DNA of 64,000 bases, from NCBI GenBank assembly GCA_034780895.1, contig JAUZTB010000127.1, positions 68,708,503 through 68,772,502 on the forward strand, given 5' to 3'. A program made the translations under genes and the position numbers. A model generated the notes under the pieces. The model saw only the letters and a program-made list of their open reading frames with translations, was not told the DNA's origin and searched no databases. The stretch's first letter is position 1. Each line of letters opens with the position of its first letter. The stretch comes from Rhynchobatus australiae. Taxonomy: Eukaryota. Of the stretch, positions 37,649-52,482 are shown one piece after another.

Positions 37649-38372
37649 GTAAGTGCATAAGTTTTTCAGATTTGAACATTGTTAGCTGTAGCATTGTGTT
37701 TTTCAGGCAATATTCAAACTTAACACTTAATTTTTATCATTTAATTTCATTTCCATTACTATTATATATGCAGCTGCATGTTTTTGGTTGCATTCAGTCT
37801 GACTGCTTAAATTATAGCACAGTCTGTACACATGCAGGTTCGTGCAAATGGGAGGAACCTCTATGACAACTATAGGTTTACCACTTCAGGAGAAAATGTT
37901 TGAAGTACCTACCCCTCAAGTACTCCTGTCATTGTTGAACTGTTGCTATCTTTTGTGGTTCTGGGATACAGAATTGACCTGGGCTATGTGCTTTATTCAT
38001 AATGCCTCTTGAAACAAATTCAGTTCAAAATGCTATGAACAGTTATCTATAATACCAGGTTCAGTGGANNNNNNNNNNTGTGCTGGTGGACATCTTGGAA
38101 GTAGTGCAAGAAGGGAAAGATTCATTTCTGAGGAAGCAACAAAAATGAAATGTAGTTCAGAATATAACATTTAACACCTTCTGAATTTTTTGAACTGGCT
38201 AAGTCAAAGCAATAGGAGGACATTAAGGTGACATGCAACTACAGTACAATTGTTCCAGGTTTTTTTGAGTTAAGTGATGTTGTTGCTCTAAGTTTAATTT
38301 TTTTAAGTATGCTCTAGAATAATTGAATTAACATAGAGAATAAACAATCTGCTCATGTTTTCGTAATTACAG

Positions 38373-38538
38373 TTTACTTTTGAGGATGTTAAATTCCGTC
38401 AGCTGCAAAAGAAATGGTTTCAGATTACTAATGACGGGCAGGTGCCATGTCATTTCTCCTTCATTCCAAAATTGAATGACAGCCACTACAGCAAGCAGTG
38501 GCTAAGGGCAGAACCTTGTGAAGGATATCTCGAACCCA
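38373..38538 (+). CDS. OCRL: OCRL exon 17 (ASH domain): [55 protein letters not shown]
   Basis: ttacag| ... a|gtaagt; 166 nt; [16 protein letters not shown] is identical to human. Confidence 0.97.
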
Positions 38539-38959
38539 GTAAGTAAACTAAGGCTAACACACCACGTACTATTCTATTAATAATGTTGTCACAGATCATT
38601 GACTTGATTTGTACTTTGAGGTCATTTTGCTTTTGTCCTAGGACTCTATACCCAAAATTTTTGTTATATATATTATTCACACAGATCTGTATCCTAATTT
38701 TTAACTCATCTTTTGTTTCGAAATTTTAATTGCATCATGGATGATATATCACAGAAGAAATTCATTTAGACTATTGTGCCTCCTGTCAATTGTTTTGAAA
38801 GAGCTATTCAGTGTATCCCAATTCTGTACAGTTTTTCCATGGCCATACATGCTTTTCCCTCATTAATATTGTAGGATTGATCTGAAGTACTTACTTTTTG
38901 TTATTTTTCCAGATTGTCTGTCTGTTTTAATGAATAACCTTGATTTTTCTTTTCATCCC

Positions 38960-39520
38960 TTATCCTTGATTTCCAGCACAACAGCCTTCACATTCAATGG
39001 ATCATTTTCCATTGTTTCCAATACCTCCAATGTAATCCCACCACTGGATACATCTTGCATCTTCTCCCCTTTTCAGCATTCTAAAAGAATCCATTGCTGT
39101 GGAATGTTATGGTTCACTCTTCTGTCTCCACCAATACCCATTCCCATTCCATGAAACACCTACCCTTCCACCTCTACCTTCTCCAAAATCTGGGGTCTTG
39201 GGCACATTTTACATGTGAAGCAGCAATTTACTTGTTCTATTTACGAGTTAGTGCACTTTATTCACTCCCCAATTTACATTGGGGAGAACCAAATACAAAT
39301 TGTGTCCACTTTGCAGTTTGTGTCCCTTCAGTCCACAGGAGTGACCCTGAGCCTCCAGTCACATGTCAGTTTAATTTTGCATTGAACTCCCACTCTGACC
39401 TCAGTCTTTGGGCTCAAAGCCATTCCAACAAAGATCAAGAAACAGCATCTCTTTTCGTAATTAGTCACATAGCAGCCTAAACTCAAGTAAGTTTTTTTTT
39501 AAAATTCAGATTATCAACAT
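38960..39520 (+). mobile_element. Penelope-like element fragment
   Basis: Same family text as 1-360 (gtgaagcagcaatttac...tacattggggagaaccaaa...cccactctgacctc). Confidence 0.65.
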
Positions 39521-42500
39521 TTCTGGCAATTTTTAACATTCGATCCAGATTTTTCTAATAATTTTAGATAAATGCTTGCATCTCTTCCATGCTTCTGTTC
39601 CTTTCTCACCATGCAGTCCTTCTGTCATCTAATATCTTATCCTTCCATCCTATTTCAGGTCTTTCCTTTTGTTTTCTCATCTCTTCCACCATTGGTCTAC
39701 TCTTCACTTGTTTTTATCTCCTAACAATTCTTCATTCTGATGAAAGTTCATAAACTTGNNNNNNNNNNNNNNNNNNNNNNNNNNNNNNNNNNNNNNNNNN
39801 NNNNNNNNNNNNNNNNNNNNNNNNNNNNNNNNNNNNNNNNNNNNNNNNNNNNNNNNNNATAAACTTGAAATGCCAATTCTATCCACAGAAGCTAATTGAA
39901 CTGATTATTTCCAGATTTTTCTGTTTTCATTTAAAATATAATTTTCAGCTGCTATACTACATTCTAGGTGCCTACTGAACGTATTGAATTTTTAATTTTT
40001 GAAACATTGATACTTTACCCAAACTCAAAAGCAACCCCATCAAACTGTTACTTCTAAAATTGCCTGAACAGTAACTTCCTCCCTTCTAGAGCTTTTTTCC
40101 TTTCAAATCGTCAATTTTTCACACATTACCACCATTTTCTCTGCCTCACCCAACCAAACTCTGTAATCCCAGATTAAGAGACCACCTTCTTTAGCCCTCC
40201 TATACGAAATTGCATCTCTCAGAAATTGAATGTGATGTAAAGGGTTAAAGGATGTTACTTCTGAATATGGGAATAGATGAGAGGGGGAAGGAAAGTAAAT
40301 AACAATGAACAAATAAGGAAAGGAAAACCTTGAAAGTGATGCTTTTAAATGTTGAATTTACTCAGCATTCTTGTACTCAAGTATCGTTAAAGTACAGTTT
40401 CAAATCTACNNNNNNNNNNNNNNNNNNNNNNNNNNNNNNNNNAAGTAGTATAAAATAGATATAGGTATAAATACTAGATAATGAATAGATATCAATAAGA
40501 CAATTGATTCTTTTGAATTTAGTAAATACAGACAAAGTGGACATAAGAACTGAAGAACAATGGGGCCAATTTTCACCTTATTATTTAGATTGGTGTAAAA
40601 AAAAATCAACAACTGCTAATTCCCATTCTCAACATTTCTCATCTCAAATAGCTAACAAAAATCTGCAAAAATGTTAAGCCTACTCTGTACTCAGTGGGAA
40701 GTCTTTACTGCGCTGAAGAAGTGGAGCTCTATCTGAGATGCTGTCCTCTAAGTGAGATATTAAGCAGAGTACTTGAGCATGGGAGGACGAGAAAGTTCTG
40801 GGCATTTTTTTTTTGCTTTCTGTGGAATCCTACATATGCATATTACTGGCAAGCTTCCCTGTGTTTCATACTAACTTCACTTCAAGATAATTGTTTATGA
40901 AGTACTGCAATTGTCCCGAGATGGTAGAGTTCATTCAGCTTTTGTAATTCTCTGCTTGACTTCCATGCACCTTTTGCTGCCCTTCAATCTTGTTCTTTGG
41001 AACCACAAAATCCTTGCACATGTCCATTTTTCTCAAACTGTCAAACTTAATTAAAACAATGCTTCTCAAACAAACTCTGTCATTCTTTCTAATTTCTTGC
41101 ATCATGTNNNNNNNNNNNNNNNNNNNNNNNNNNNNNNNNNNNNNNNNNNNNNNNNNNNNNNNNNNNNNNNNNNNNNNNNNNNNNNNNNNNNNNNNNNNNN
41201 NNNNNNNNNNNNNNNNNNNNNNNNNNNNNNNNNNNNNNNNNNNNNNNNNNNNNNNNNNNNNNNNNNNNNNNNNNNNNNNNNNNNNNNNNNNNNNNNNNNN
41301 NNNNNNNNNNNNNNNNNNNNNNNNNNNNNNNNNNNNNNNNNNNNNNNNNNNNNNNNNNNNNNNNNNNNNNNNNNNNNNNNNNNNNNNNNNNNNNNNNNNN
41401 NNNNNNNNNNNNNNNNNNNNNNNNNNNNNNNNNNNNNNNNNNNNNNNNNNNNNNNNNNNNNNNNNNNNNNNNNNNNNNNNNNNNNNNNNNNNNNNNNNNN
41501 NNNNNNNNNNNNNNNNNNNNNNNNNNNNNNNNNNNNNNNNNNNNNNNNNNNNNNNNNNNNNNNNNNNNNNNNNNNNNNNNNNNNNNNNNNNNNNNNNNNN
41601 NAAATTACATTTCTGTATCTCTTCTATATTGAAGTTGAGTTGAGCATAGGATCTAAGTTCCTTTGTCATGCCATGCCAGCTTTTTGAAATATTTCTCCAG
41701 TCAGCACTACACTCTGCATCTTTTTTCCCTTCAGATACTTTTCCATAATAAAACTGTTTAGTTTGATAAGAGATGAATTTAAATGAGAAGCCAGAAATGC
41801 CTTCATTATTGGAGAAGAATGTTTCTGATATTTTACTTGTTGCTTCCTACCAACGTTACTAAATTTAGATTTGTCCAAGTGATATTTGTTGCAAAGGGTT
41901 GGTTTTGATTAGAAATTGTCAATAACTAATTTGCACCCAGTTTGTGTCAGTTTAGGTAAAATTAAAAGCAGCAAGTGTCTCATCTTTTGATGGTAATAAA
42001 GAAATTTTCCTCCTGTGGAGATAATGTTGTTAGCTGTTTAGTTCAATCCAAATAATAACCAGCTGTTTCTGCATGGTTTAGATACAGAAAGTAGAGTGAC
42101 ACAGTGGGCATGTGCTTACAATGCCAAAGACCAGTTTAAAATCTTAACATTCTTTACTTTGATTAGCACATGAAAGTAAAAAGTATTATAGATTTTGTTA
42201 TATTTGCACGAGTTTTTGGATAATCAAACTTGGGGTTGATTGGTGGAGACCGCTGAAATTCCATGCAGGTGCAAGAGGAAATACTCTCTCAGCATTGGAG
42301 CTGGATTATGTTTTGAGGAAAAGGAGAAACTTTATCCCAAACCTTCCTGTACAACGCGAGGGTGCTTGAAATTCCCATTCTGAATGCACATTTATTTCTT
42401 AGATTTTGCAGTTGCAGAATTACACTGGTTCTTTTTCTGATTTCAAAGGGGCATGTTTTGAAGCTTGTGAACAGCATTCCAAGGGATAGAAGTCATTATT

Positions 42501-42605
42501 GTTTCACTGATCTTGATTCTGTTTCTGCATGTGACTTATTTTTCAGAAATCTTTCTCTGCCTGATGCTTTTTTTCCCTTTCTTTCTCCTCTTCTGCTCTG
42601 TTCAG

Positions 42606-42629
42606 GATGATGACCACATGTTTACAAAG
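42606..42629 (+). CDS. OCRL: OCRL 24-nt microexon (18a/19): DDDHMFTK
   Basis: Long pyrimidine tract and ttcag| acceptor, aag|gtaata donor, phase 0/0. Same length and position as the human alternatively spliced EEDSFLEK exon. Confidence 0.85.
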
Positions 42630-45600
42630 GTAATAGTGCATTTGGAAAGTTAGACTAACAATCTCTGACTACCTTTTAATCTTTTTAAATAAATCACAGA
42701 TCTTGATGCTTAGGATTGTTTTGAGTTTGCCCAGTGGCCTTATGCATAAAGTTACTGGGGTTGCACTTAATCATACAAACCAAAGAAAGTGCCAGACTTG
42801 AATCCAATTTACTGAGTTAGCTCAACAGTTAGTGTGCCACTCTATACTCTAGATGTTGCTGCTCTTGGATTGTTCCTCTGAGTTGAAGATGATTTGTTTT
42901 TACTGCAGTTTGAGCAGTGCAGGACATCTGTGTATGATCTTGTTTTATTCTGGGTGGCTCTTGTACTATTTTGTCCAGATTAGTGAGGTTTCAAGATAGC
43001 TGGGATTCCTGGTCCTGATCACTATCTGATTATTTCTGTTGAAGTGTGTGCATTTGGAAAGTTTATCTACAGTCCACATCATCTCCCTTCCCTAGTTAAG
43101 TACAATGTTTCCTTTCTCAGGCCAAACATACTTTTATTGCTGTGGTGTGATGATCCAACTCCATTTTTCTACTTATTTTTAGACTTAAAATTTATTTTGT
43201 ACATTTGCCTGAGAGTAAATGTACCCTATGTTCCTACTAATGGTATTCTGTAGAATGAAAGGTGGCATCATCATCATCATCTCCAAAGTCAGCTTAAGAG
43301 CTGGAGCAGTAAGCAGCTCTGGCTGTCAAACTTAAAACTAGATAAATTTGGTGTGGGGTGGAGGTGGGGGGAGAGAAAGCACTGTGAATTGTGAGATTGC
43401 TAGCCAAATCTGTTGTGCAGTTCCATTTTTTGATAAGTTAACCACAGTGCTTCAAAAATGCCAGCAAAGGACTATTATTGGTTTTAAATATTTAAGTTAA
43501 ATGGTAACTTAGAACCTCTCCAAGCATGTTTTATCCTCCTAACCTAGACGAAGGTTATTTTAGCTAGTTAGTTAGTACCTCAAAGAAATAAATATTCATC
43601 TGTGAACATGCACTGCATGTTATCAGGATAAATGATCATGGAGAGCATTCCATCTGAGACCATTTGTGTTCTTACCTGATGTTTATACATCTACCTAGCA
43701 AGGAGCATTGACCTTACACCACTCCTGAAAAATTTGAAGCTGGTTGCTATTAATCCTCTGAGATCAACTAACTCAGCACAGATCTGGAATATCAGAACTG
43801 AGTGCACTTTTGCAGCCTTGGTCACTTGAGGTGCAACAAAGGCCCTTAGCTACATATCTTTCCAGAGTACTTCTACTGAATTCAGTTAGCTAGTAATAAG
43901 CAAATAACACTGCTGTAGTCTTCCTTTGTGAATATTTAAAATAGAATATTTCCATTTTGATTCCATGGGAGGGGTGATTAACTTCCAGTTCATAATCTAA
44001 TAGAATCAGCTAATGTGTGTATTTCTGGCTTAATGTTGCTGTTTCATAATTCGGAAGAATCAGTTCATCTTCTGAAATATCATGATCTGGTTGACGGAGT
44101 GATCTGTTCCCATTTATTCTAACAATTTAACGCCACCTAGAACTCTTGGTGCTGCAATATGATATTTGGTTAACAAATTCTGTTAAGTGTACAGATTTAT
44201 ATTATTTCTTATGCTATATTGTGCATGGACATTTCCTCTAATTATGAGCCAGCAAGCTTTATTCTCTGCCACAAGTCCTTCAAGGTCATCCTTGGTCCAG
44301 GATACACTCCTCAAAATAAGTTGAGACATGCTTGCACTTTCCCTTACAAAAGCTTAACAGGGGAGCTCTCTGATCAGCAGCCTAATGAAAGAAAACAGTA
44401 GTAAGGATGTGCAAATCCTTCCATATCAGCCTGTACAATTTGAATGCCACAGACAACACAGCCTCCCAAAATGTCCTGTTTCCTGTCTCAGATTTTAGAT
44501 ATTTGCGAGAACCTGGACCAGCCATCGATGAGCTGACAGTCAATCCATTGAGATATTTTAAACTCCCGGAAACTATGGCTTTTTGACTGGGTTATACTTG
44601 GCTTTGTGAGACTGGATCAGCCCAGGCCTGATGGAACTATGCAACCCTATCCTTCTAGAAAACAGCATGTCAGAACCCATGAGGGTGGACATCATTACTC
44701 TCTAAACAGAAGCTAACAGGAGAGATCAGAAATTGGCAATTCATCTNNNNNNNNNNATTAGAAGATTCTATTTCAGGCCATTCCTAATTGAGTCAAGTCT
44801 GCTCTGGACTAGGTCAATCATCTGGATCAGACCTACACCATACCCAACATGAACATCCTCTGATAGCTTTGTGGTAATCTTGGAAATGGTTCTCTTGGTA
44901 CAAGTCTGGGGATGGGTATTTGCCTGGTGAGCTTTGGTCAGGATATTTCAAGCATATATGATGGAAGTGCTCTCCAAAATAGTTTGAGGAGGAAATCTAT
45001 AATTGGATACCATTGTTCTGCACAGACATCATTAGTGCAGTCCAAATTAACAAGTGGGAAATGGAAACCTTCCTAATCAAATCTGGAATTGAGTAACTTG
45101 TTTTTATGTTGTATTGAGCTTTTGTTGAATCTACAGTATCTCGATGCCAAGTAGTGGAAGCACTCAGCTCAAAGCCTTCCTTTGTATGGATGATATCTGC
45201 TGTTCAGATCCACTGTTAGTCTGCAGATTGATCAGCTTCTGGAACCAGACTGAACAGGTCTTGCGACAGCATGGGAAAAGTTGTGGTGTTTTAATCATAG
45301 CCTTTTACTAACAGTAATAGCATAATTTCAGAATATGGCATTCTGCTAAAGATCACCATTATCATCCAGTATCAGAAACTTAGTTTTGTAAGTTTTGTTT
45401 ACTTCAAATATTCTGTCTTTCTCTGTAAAATTTAACAGCTCAATTATTTCAAACACTTTTTGGTTACCAAGCATTGTTATAAATTACTTCATAAATTAAA
45501 CTGATTGTATTGTAGATCTATATTATCAGTGGGTGCTTAAATATCTGGTTTGGTCTTCAATGAGTTGTCTGAATCTCATTGTACAATGAAATACAATGAA

Positions 45601-45646
45601 AAATGTGACCTCTCTGAATTGTCTAATTTCTTAATGTGTTTGATAG

Positions 45647-45763
45647 GAGAAATCTCGGTTAGACCTTGTTGTGGATAATGTAGGAACTGATAAACAACCT
45701 CTACAAATTCCAAAGGAAATTTGGTTGTTAGTAGATCATCTCTTTAAAAATGCAAGTCACCAG
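45647..45763 (+). CDS. OCRL: OCRL exon 20: [39 protein letters not shown]
   Basis: tgatag| ... cag|gtaatt; 117 nt; [16 protein letters not shown] conserved. Confidence 0.96.
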
Positions 45764-45863
45764 GTAATTGTAATGAATTTTCTTCTATTTCACCTGTGAA
45801 CGATCAGTCAAATGATTCATTCCTAATTTCTCAAAAGGCAGCACTTAACTGATGAGAGTTACG

Positions 45864-45920
45864 AATATGTGATCTTGTATGAAGATATGATCATTTATGA
45901 ATATGTGATCATTTATGAAA
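45864..45920. repeat. Short imperfect tandem repeat (about 18-nt unit, atgaatatgtgatcattt, about 3 copies)
   Basis: Seen directly in the sequence. Confidence 0.6.
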
Positions 45921-46329
45921 ATGAATGTTCTTTTTAGCTACTGAGAAGTGTATTATATGAGAAACTAATTTTTGCAAATGTAAAAATGCTTATGCATTCA
46001 AAAGAACATTCTTACTGTCAAATATGTTTCATGATCCTATTATGATTCCATGTACAAATCATCCTTCAGAACCCAAACATTTGTTGTCAGGAAATAAGAC
46101 AACAAAGGGCTCCATAGTCATACCTCATTTTGATCCCTTTTATACACACCAAAAGGAGTCAGAGGAAGAAGTCGGGATTGGGGACCCATTGCTGATATTT
46201 TTTCACTCCAGCACCTCACCTATCCCAGCTTCCAAATTCTGCATGGCCTGCAAGTTGAATCTGAGACCTACTAATCTGTATACCTTGCTCACTAGGGTCG
46301 TAAATGTATGTATCAAGGACTGACCAATG

Positions 46330-46579
46330 TCATGGAGAAATACGGCTCAAAAACAGGACCTTCATCCCCCTGCACTGACTATGGAGCACCTTTTAAACTA
46401 ATCCTGCCCTAACCCATTTTATTCTCACCATATTCCTATTAATTCCTTCCCTAGGTTCTACTATTCATCTACATGCTAGAAGCAATTTACACAGGTCAAT
46501 TAACCCACCGACCCACCCGCACATTTTTGGGATGTGGACAAAAACTGGAACACCCAGATGAAACCCATGTGGTCACAGG
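46330..46579 (-). mobile_element. SINE (V-SINE/HE1-like), reverse orientation
   Basis: gcaatttaca...caattaacccacc...ttttgggatgtggacaaaaactggaacaccc...aaacccatgtggtcacagg. Confidence 0.7.
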
Positions 46580-47008
46580 NNNNNNNNNNNNNNNNNNNNN
46601 NNNNNNNNNNNNNNNNNNNNNNNNNNNNNNNNNNNNNNNNNNNNNNNNNNNNNNNNNNNNNNNNNNNNNNNNNNNNNNNNNNNNNNNNNNNNNNNNNNNN
46701 NNNNNNNNNNNNNNNNNNNNNNNNNNNNNNNNNNNNNNNNNNNNNNNNNNNNNNNNNNNNNNNNNNNNNNNNNNNNNNNNNNNNNNNNNNNNNNNNNNNN
46801 NNNNNNNNNNNNNNNNNNNNNNNNNNNNNNNNNNNNNNNNNNNNNNNNNNNNNNNNNNNNNNNNNNNNNNNNNNNNNNNNNNNNNNNNNNNTCAAAAGTT
46901 ACAATCCAATTCCTAGTCAATGATACCTCAAGTTCAGCAGGAAAGACTGAAAAGTGCTGAGAATATAACATTTTAGAGGTTTTCATTTCATCCTGTTGAT
47001 CTTTTTGA

Positions 47009-48388
<1,380 letters not shown>

Positions 48389-48516
48389 CTGGCAGTAACC
48401 ATTCTGTGGCTGAAGCTCTGCTCATCTTCCTTGAAGCTCTCCCTGAGCCTGTGATATGTTATGAGCTTCACCAACGATGCCTAGAATTTGCGAATGATCA
48501 TCGCAGCTGTCAAAAT
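48389..48516 (+). CDS. OCRL: OCRL exon 22: [42 protein letters not shown]
   Basis: cactag| ... aat|gtaaga; 128 nt; [26 protein letters not shown] is identical to human. Confidence 0.97.
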
Positions 48517-49279
48517 GTAAGAGTTATAGTTCCATTATTATGTTGTTTGTAAAGCGAACCATAAATTCTTGTCAGTTAATTATTTATCAACAACAGATTC
48601 CCTGATCCATCCAGATTGTTGCGCATAGTTGTGCCATGCATCCCACCAAAATGATTTGATCTTGTGGGAAAGGTCAGAATGAAAGCCCCAGCAATTTTGG
48701 AGACAAAAATTCTGGAAGATTCCTTTGGGAGATTTTAATTACCTGGAGGCTTACCCAACTCAAGATTGTGACACCTGGCCCTCCCTAATCTTTTTATTTG
48801 TCAGATGAAATGCAATTATCGAGCAAACCTCAGTCAGAACACCATGTCTATTTTTCACTAAAGTGTTACATCCAATTTTTTAAAACTATCCCTCTAATAT
48901 TAAGCTGTTCATTGGGAATTAATTCTCTTGTCCTCCTGTGCATCCTTCCAAACCCTCCATGTGTTGACACCAAAATTGGACATTGTATTTTAAGTCTACC
49001 TGACCAGAGGACAAAAGCTACCTTTGTATTCAATCATTCTATGAATTCATTCTAGTACACTTTCTGCTGAAGGTGCCACTTCCTACCATTGGTCATCTAG
49101 CTCTAGAGTGTACGTCTTGGGATACCCAACAGCTTTTAACCATTTTTAATGCTCTTCCCAGTGGGGTGTTGAAGTGTTGATCATTTGCCATGGCCACATG
49201 CAATGCTTGTTATTTGCCTGTTTGTGCAGATGCCCTTTATTCACTGCTGCAGGCATTTCCCTGTGTAACTTATCAACTC

Positions 49280-49530
49280 AGAAGCAGATTTATTATCACT
49301 GATATATGATGTGAAATTTGTTGTTTTGCACCAGCAGTACAATGCAAAAACAAAAATATATAATTACAAAAATAAATAGTGCAAAGAATGATGAGGTAGT
49401 GTTAATGGATCATTCAGAAATCTAATGGTGGAGGGGAAGAAACTGTTCCTGAATCATTGAGCTTGGGTCTTCAGGCTCCTGTACCACCTCTCTGGTGGTA
49501 ATGAGAAAAGGGCATGTCCCAAATAGCAGC
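49280..49530 (-). mobile_element. Rex1/Babar-like LINE 3' remnant
   Basis: gggaagaaactgttcctgaatc..gggtcttcaggctcctgtacc, shared with 47920-47980. Confidence 0.6.
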
Positions 49531-52370
49531 TTGTATTTGTATCGGGGATTANNNNNNNNNNNNNNNNNNNNNNNNNNNNNNNNNNNNNNNNNNNNNNNNN
49601 NNNNNNNNNNNNNNNNNNNNNNNNNNNNNNNNNNNNNNNNNNNNNNNNNNNNNNNNNNNNNNNNNNNNNNNNNNNNNNNNNNNNNNNNNNNNNNNNNNNN
49701 NNNNNNNNNNNNNNNNNNNNNNNNNNNNNNNNNNNNNNNNNNNNNNNNNNNNNNNNNNNNNNNNNNNNNNNNNNNNNNNNNNNNNNNNNNNNNNNNNNNN
49801 NNNNNNNNNNNNNNNNNNNNNNNNNNNNNNNNNNNNNNNNNNNNNNNNNNNNNNNNNNNNNNNNNNNNNNNNNNNNNNNNNNNNNNNNNNNNNNNNNNNN
49901 NNNNNNNNNNNNNNNNNNNNNNNNNNNNNNNNNNNNNNNNNNNNNNNNNNNNNNNNNNNNNNNNNNNNNNNNNNNNNNNNNNNNNNNNNNNNNNNNNNNN
50001 NNNNNNNNNNNNNNNNNNNNNNNNNNNNNNNNNNNNNNNNNNNNNNNNNNNNNNNNNNNNNNNNNNNNNNNNNNNNNNNNNNNNNNNNNNNNNNNNNNNN
50101 NTCAACAAAATTATTTTTAAGTGCTAACAGAAGATAAATACCTTGACAATTATTGTTATAAACTACAGTGGAGGTGATAAAGAAGCACTTGCATTCAGCA
50201 AGATGGGTTGCAAGTAGAGAAGACTTAATAGTATGTTATGTGTAAAATGAATTTGAGCATTGCAACAAACTACTCTTCAAAGATCAAGGAAATTTTCACA
50301 GATGAAGGAAAAAGATGGTTAGGAAAGACCAGCTAAATCATCAAGTCTAACCTACACATTGGCTAAACTGCCATCATTAAACACACTTTCCCTTCCTTCC
50401 CTACCCTACTTACTAGGGGTGGGGTGGAAAAATCTAGAGCTGGTTAGAAAAATGTTCTTGTACTTAATGAATTCAGGTAATCAAGTGATCCAAGTCTTAC
50501 ACTATATAATGCAATCTTTATCCCAGTCAGGAGCTAGTCCTACTCTCTCTGGAAAGCATAAAGATAGTCAGCACTCACCTCATCAGTTGGCAGTGCATTT
50601 CAGAGATTCTTAATTCTCTGAAAAGAATAGCTACCAAGCATCCTGTATATTCCCCCNNNNNNNNNNNNNNNNNNNNNNNNNNNNNNNNNNNNNNNNNNNN
50701 NNNNNNNNNNNNNNNNNNNNNNNNNNNNNNNNNNNNNNNNNNNNNNNNNNNNNNNNAGCATCCTGTATATTCCCCCTCCTACAGAGGGTCACTCCAGTCT
50801 TTTATATTGGAATAAGTTATCAGAAGGGCACTCATTAATCCATTTATTATTTAATAGATCTTTAACAGTTTTCATCTCAAGCCTGTACATCTCATAAGTA
50901 ATCTATATATTTTCATCTGTGAGAGTGTTTAAGCTAGGAGTCATCCTTGGTAGCTCTCCTCATCATTTGCCAGAGCCACTAAGTCACTCATCATGTGTAC
51001 TGGAACATAATTGTATTGACCAATGCGGTATCAAAATAGTGTTTTTTGGTTCTATTAATCCAAAGCCTTGTTCACTGTAGGGAGCTACATTGACAACCAT
51101 TGTTAATGATTTGTGTACATTACATCAAACTCATTTCTTTTGAGACCTCTTTTATAATTGTTCTCTTCATTCTGTGTTGATGTTGTATCACATTTATACA
51201 AGTTAAATGTCATTTGCCAAAGTGAAGCCCACTCACTTACATCAGTTTGGATTTATTTTCACACCTCTTCCATCTTAACCCTATCAAACACTCTGATGTC
51301 AACAGGCATTTTGCTGGACTCCCAATACTGCTGTCCAGCAATAAAGACTAATCTCTGGGTGACATCATTATTAACATTTCCTATCTGAATCAGGGTGTTT
51401 ACTGCAGTTTTTTGGTTATTGGTGTCATTTTCTAATCCATCATTTCAAGTTTCTACTCGTACTTCTGAAGGTGGAATCACAGGTTAACATCGTGTGAAAA
51501 TTTATCAAAGTTTTTTTTTGCAAGCTTGGGTGCTGCCTAATTTTTTTTTTACATCCACAACTCTGATGTCTTCCTCAATAAAACCCAGTAAATATGACTT
51601 TTGTAATGCCTAAACATGGTGTAGGCCATGGCTTTTTTAGGCTTTTCAACACGAGCAACAAAATGACTTATTTGTGGTAAAAGATACCCTCTCAACAAAT
51701 AATCTGCCCTAGTTTTACAGGAGAGACTACAATTAACATGTATGTTACTGCCCCAAATTTTTCACTCCCTATCTTTCTTAAGCTTCATTGAGTCCCTATC
51801 AGCTTCTCAACAGCTCTGGAATCCTCGTGTTTGCTGTAAAGCCTGTTTTTTTTATCGCCAACCTTATGACTCAGATTTTGCTGTAATTTCAGAACTTCAT
51901 CCTCCCTAGGGCTGTTTTACTAAATGCATTTTCCTTTCTACACCCTGCTCATCTAAAATTTTAATCTACATCTTTGGCTTCCCCCTCACCCCCGCCCCAT
52001 AATTTCCTTCCTCATTCTGTTTGGGTCTAAGATCAAATTGCTGAGTGCCTGAGAACTTATTGCCCTAATAAAAACGCCATATAAATGTTTGAAATTTTAG
52101 ACTTCTGGAGTATATTTAATCTGGACATTGGTAATTTAAGTGTAAACACCTTCTAAAAGTCAGGTGTCTAGTGATAGTGTTTATTGTATAACAGTAATAT
52201 GATTCATTTGTTGGAAATGACATTCACTACAGAATTGACTTGGGTATTCTTAGATTGTCAAATGAGCTGACGTACAATATTTCATTATTATAGTTTCACG
52301 CTCTACATGCTGCACTGGAGCCATCCTATCAACCAGTCTTTGACCAAAATGTTTATTTCTTTCTCACTAG

Positions 52371-52482
52371 TTGATATCTCAACTGCCCCGCAGTCACAGA
52401 AATGTGTTTCGGTATTTGATGTCATTTCTGCGGGAATTGCTGAAGTATGCAGAAGACAACAAGCTTGATGCCAAGATGCTAG
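52371..52482 (+). CDS. OCRL: OCRL exon 23: [37 protein letters not shown](A)
   Basis: cactag| ... g|gtaaaa; 112 nt; [16 protein letters not shown] conserved. Confidence 0.97.

Noticed and set aside
30740-41601. OCRL as a pseudogene (broken exon 11, missing exon 18)
   Set aside because: Both defects coincide with N gaps. All sequenced exons are open, in phase and keep the catalytic motifs.
45864-45920. Short repeat as a CRISPR-like array
   Set aside because: Tandem units without spacers in a vertebrate intron; an ordinary minisatellite.
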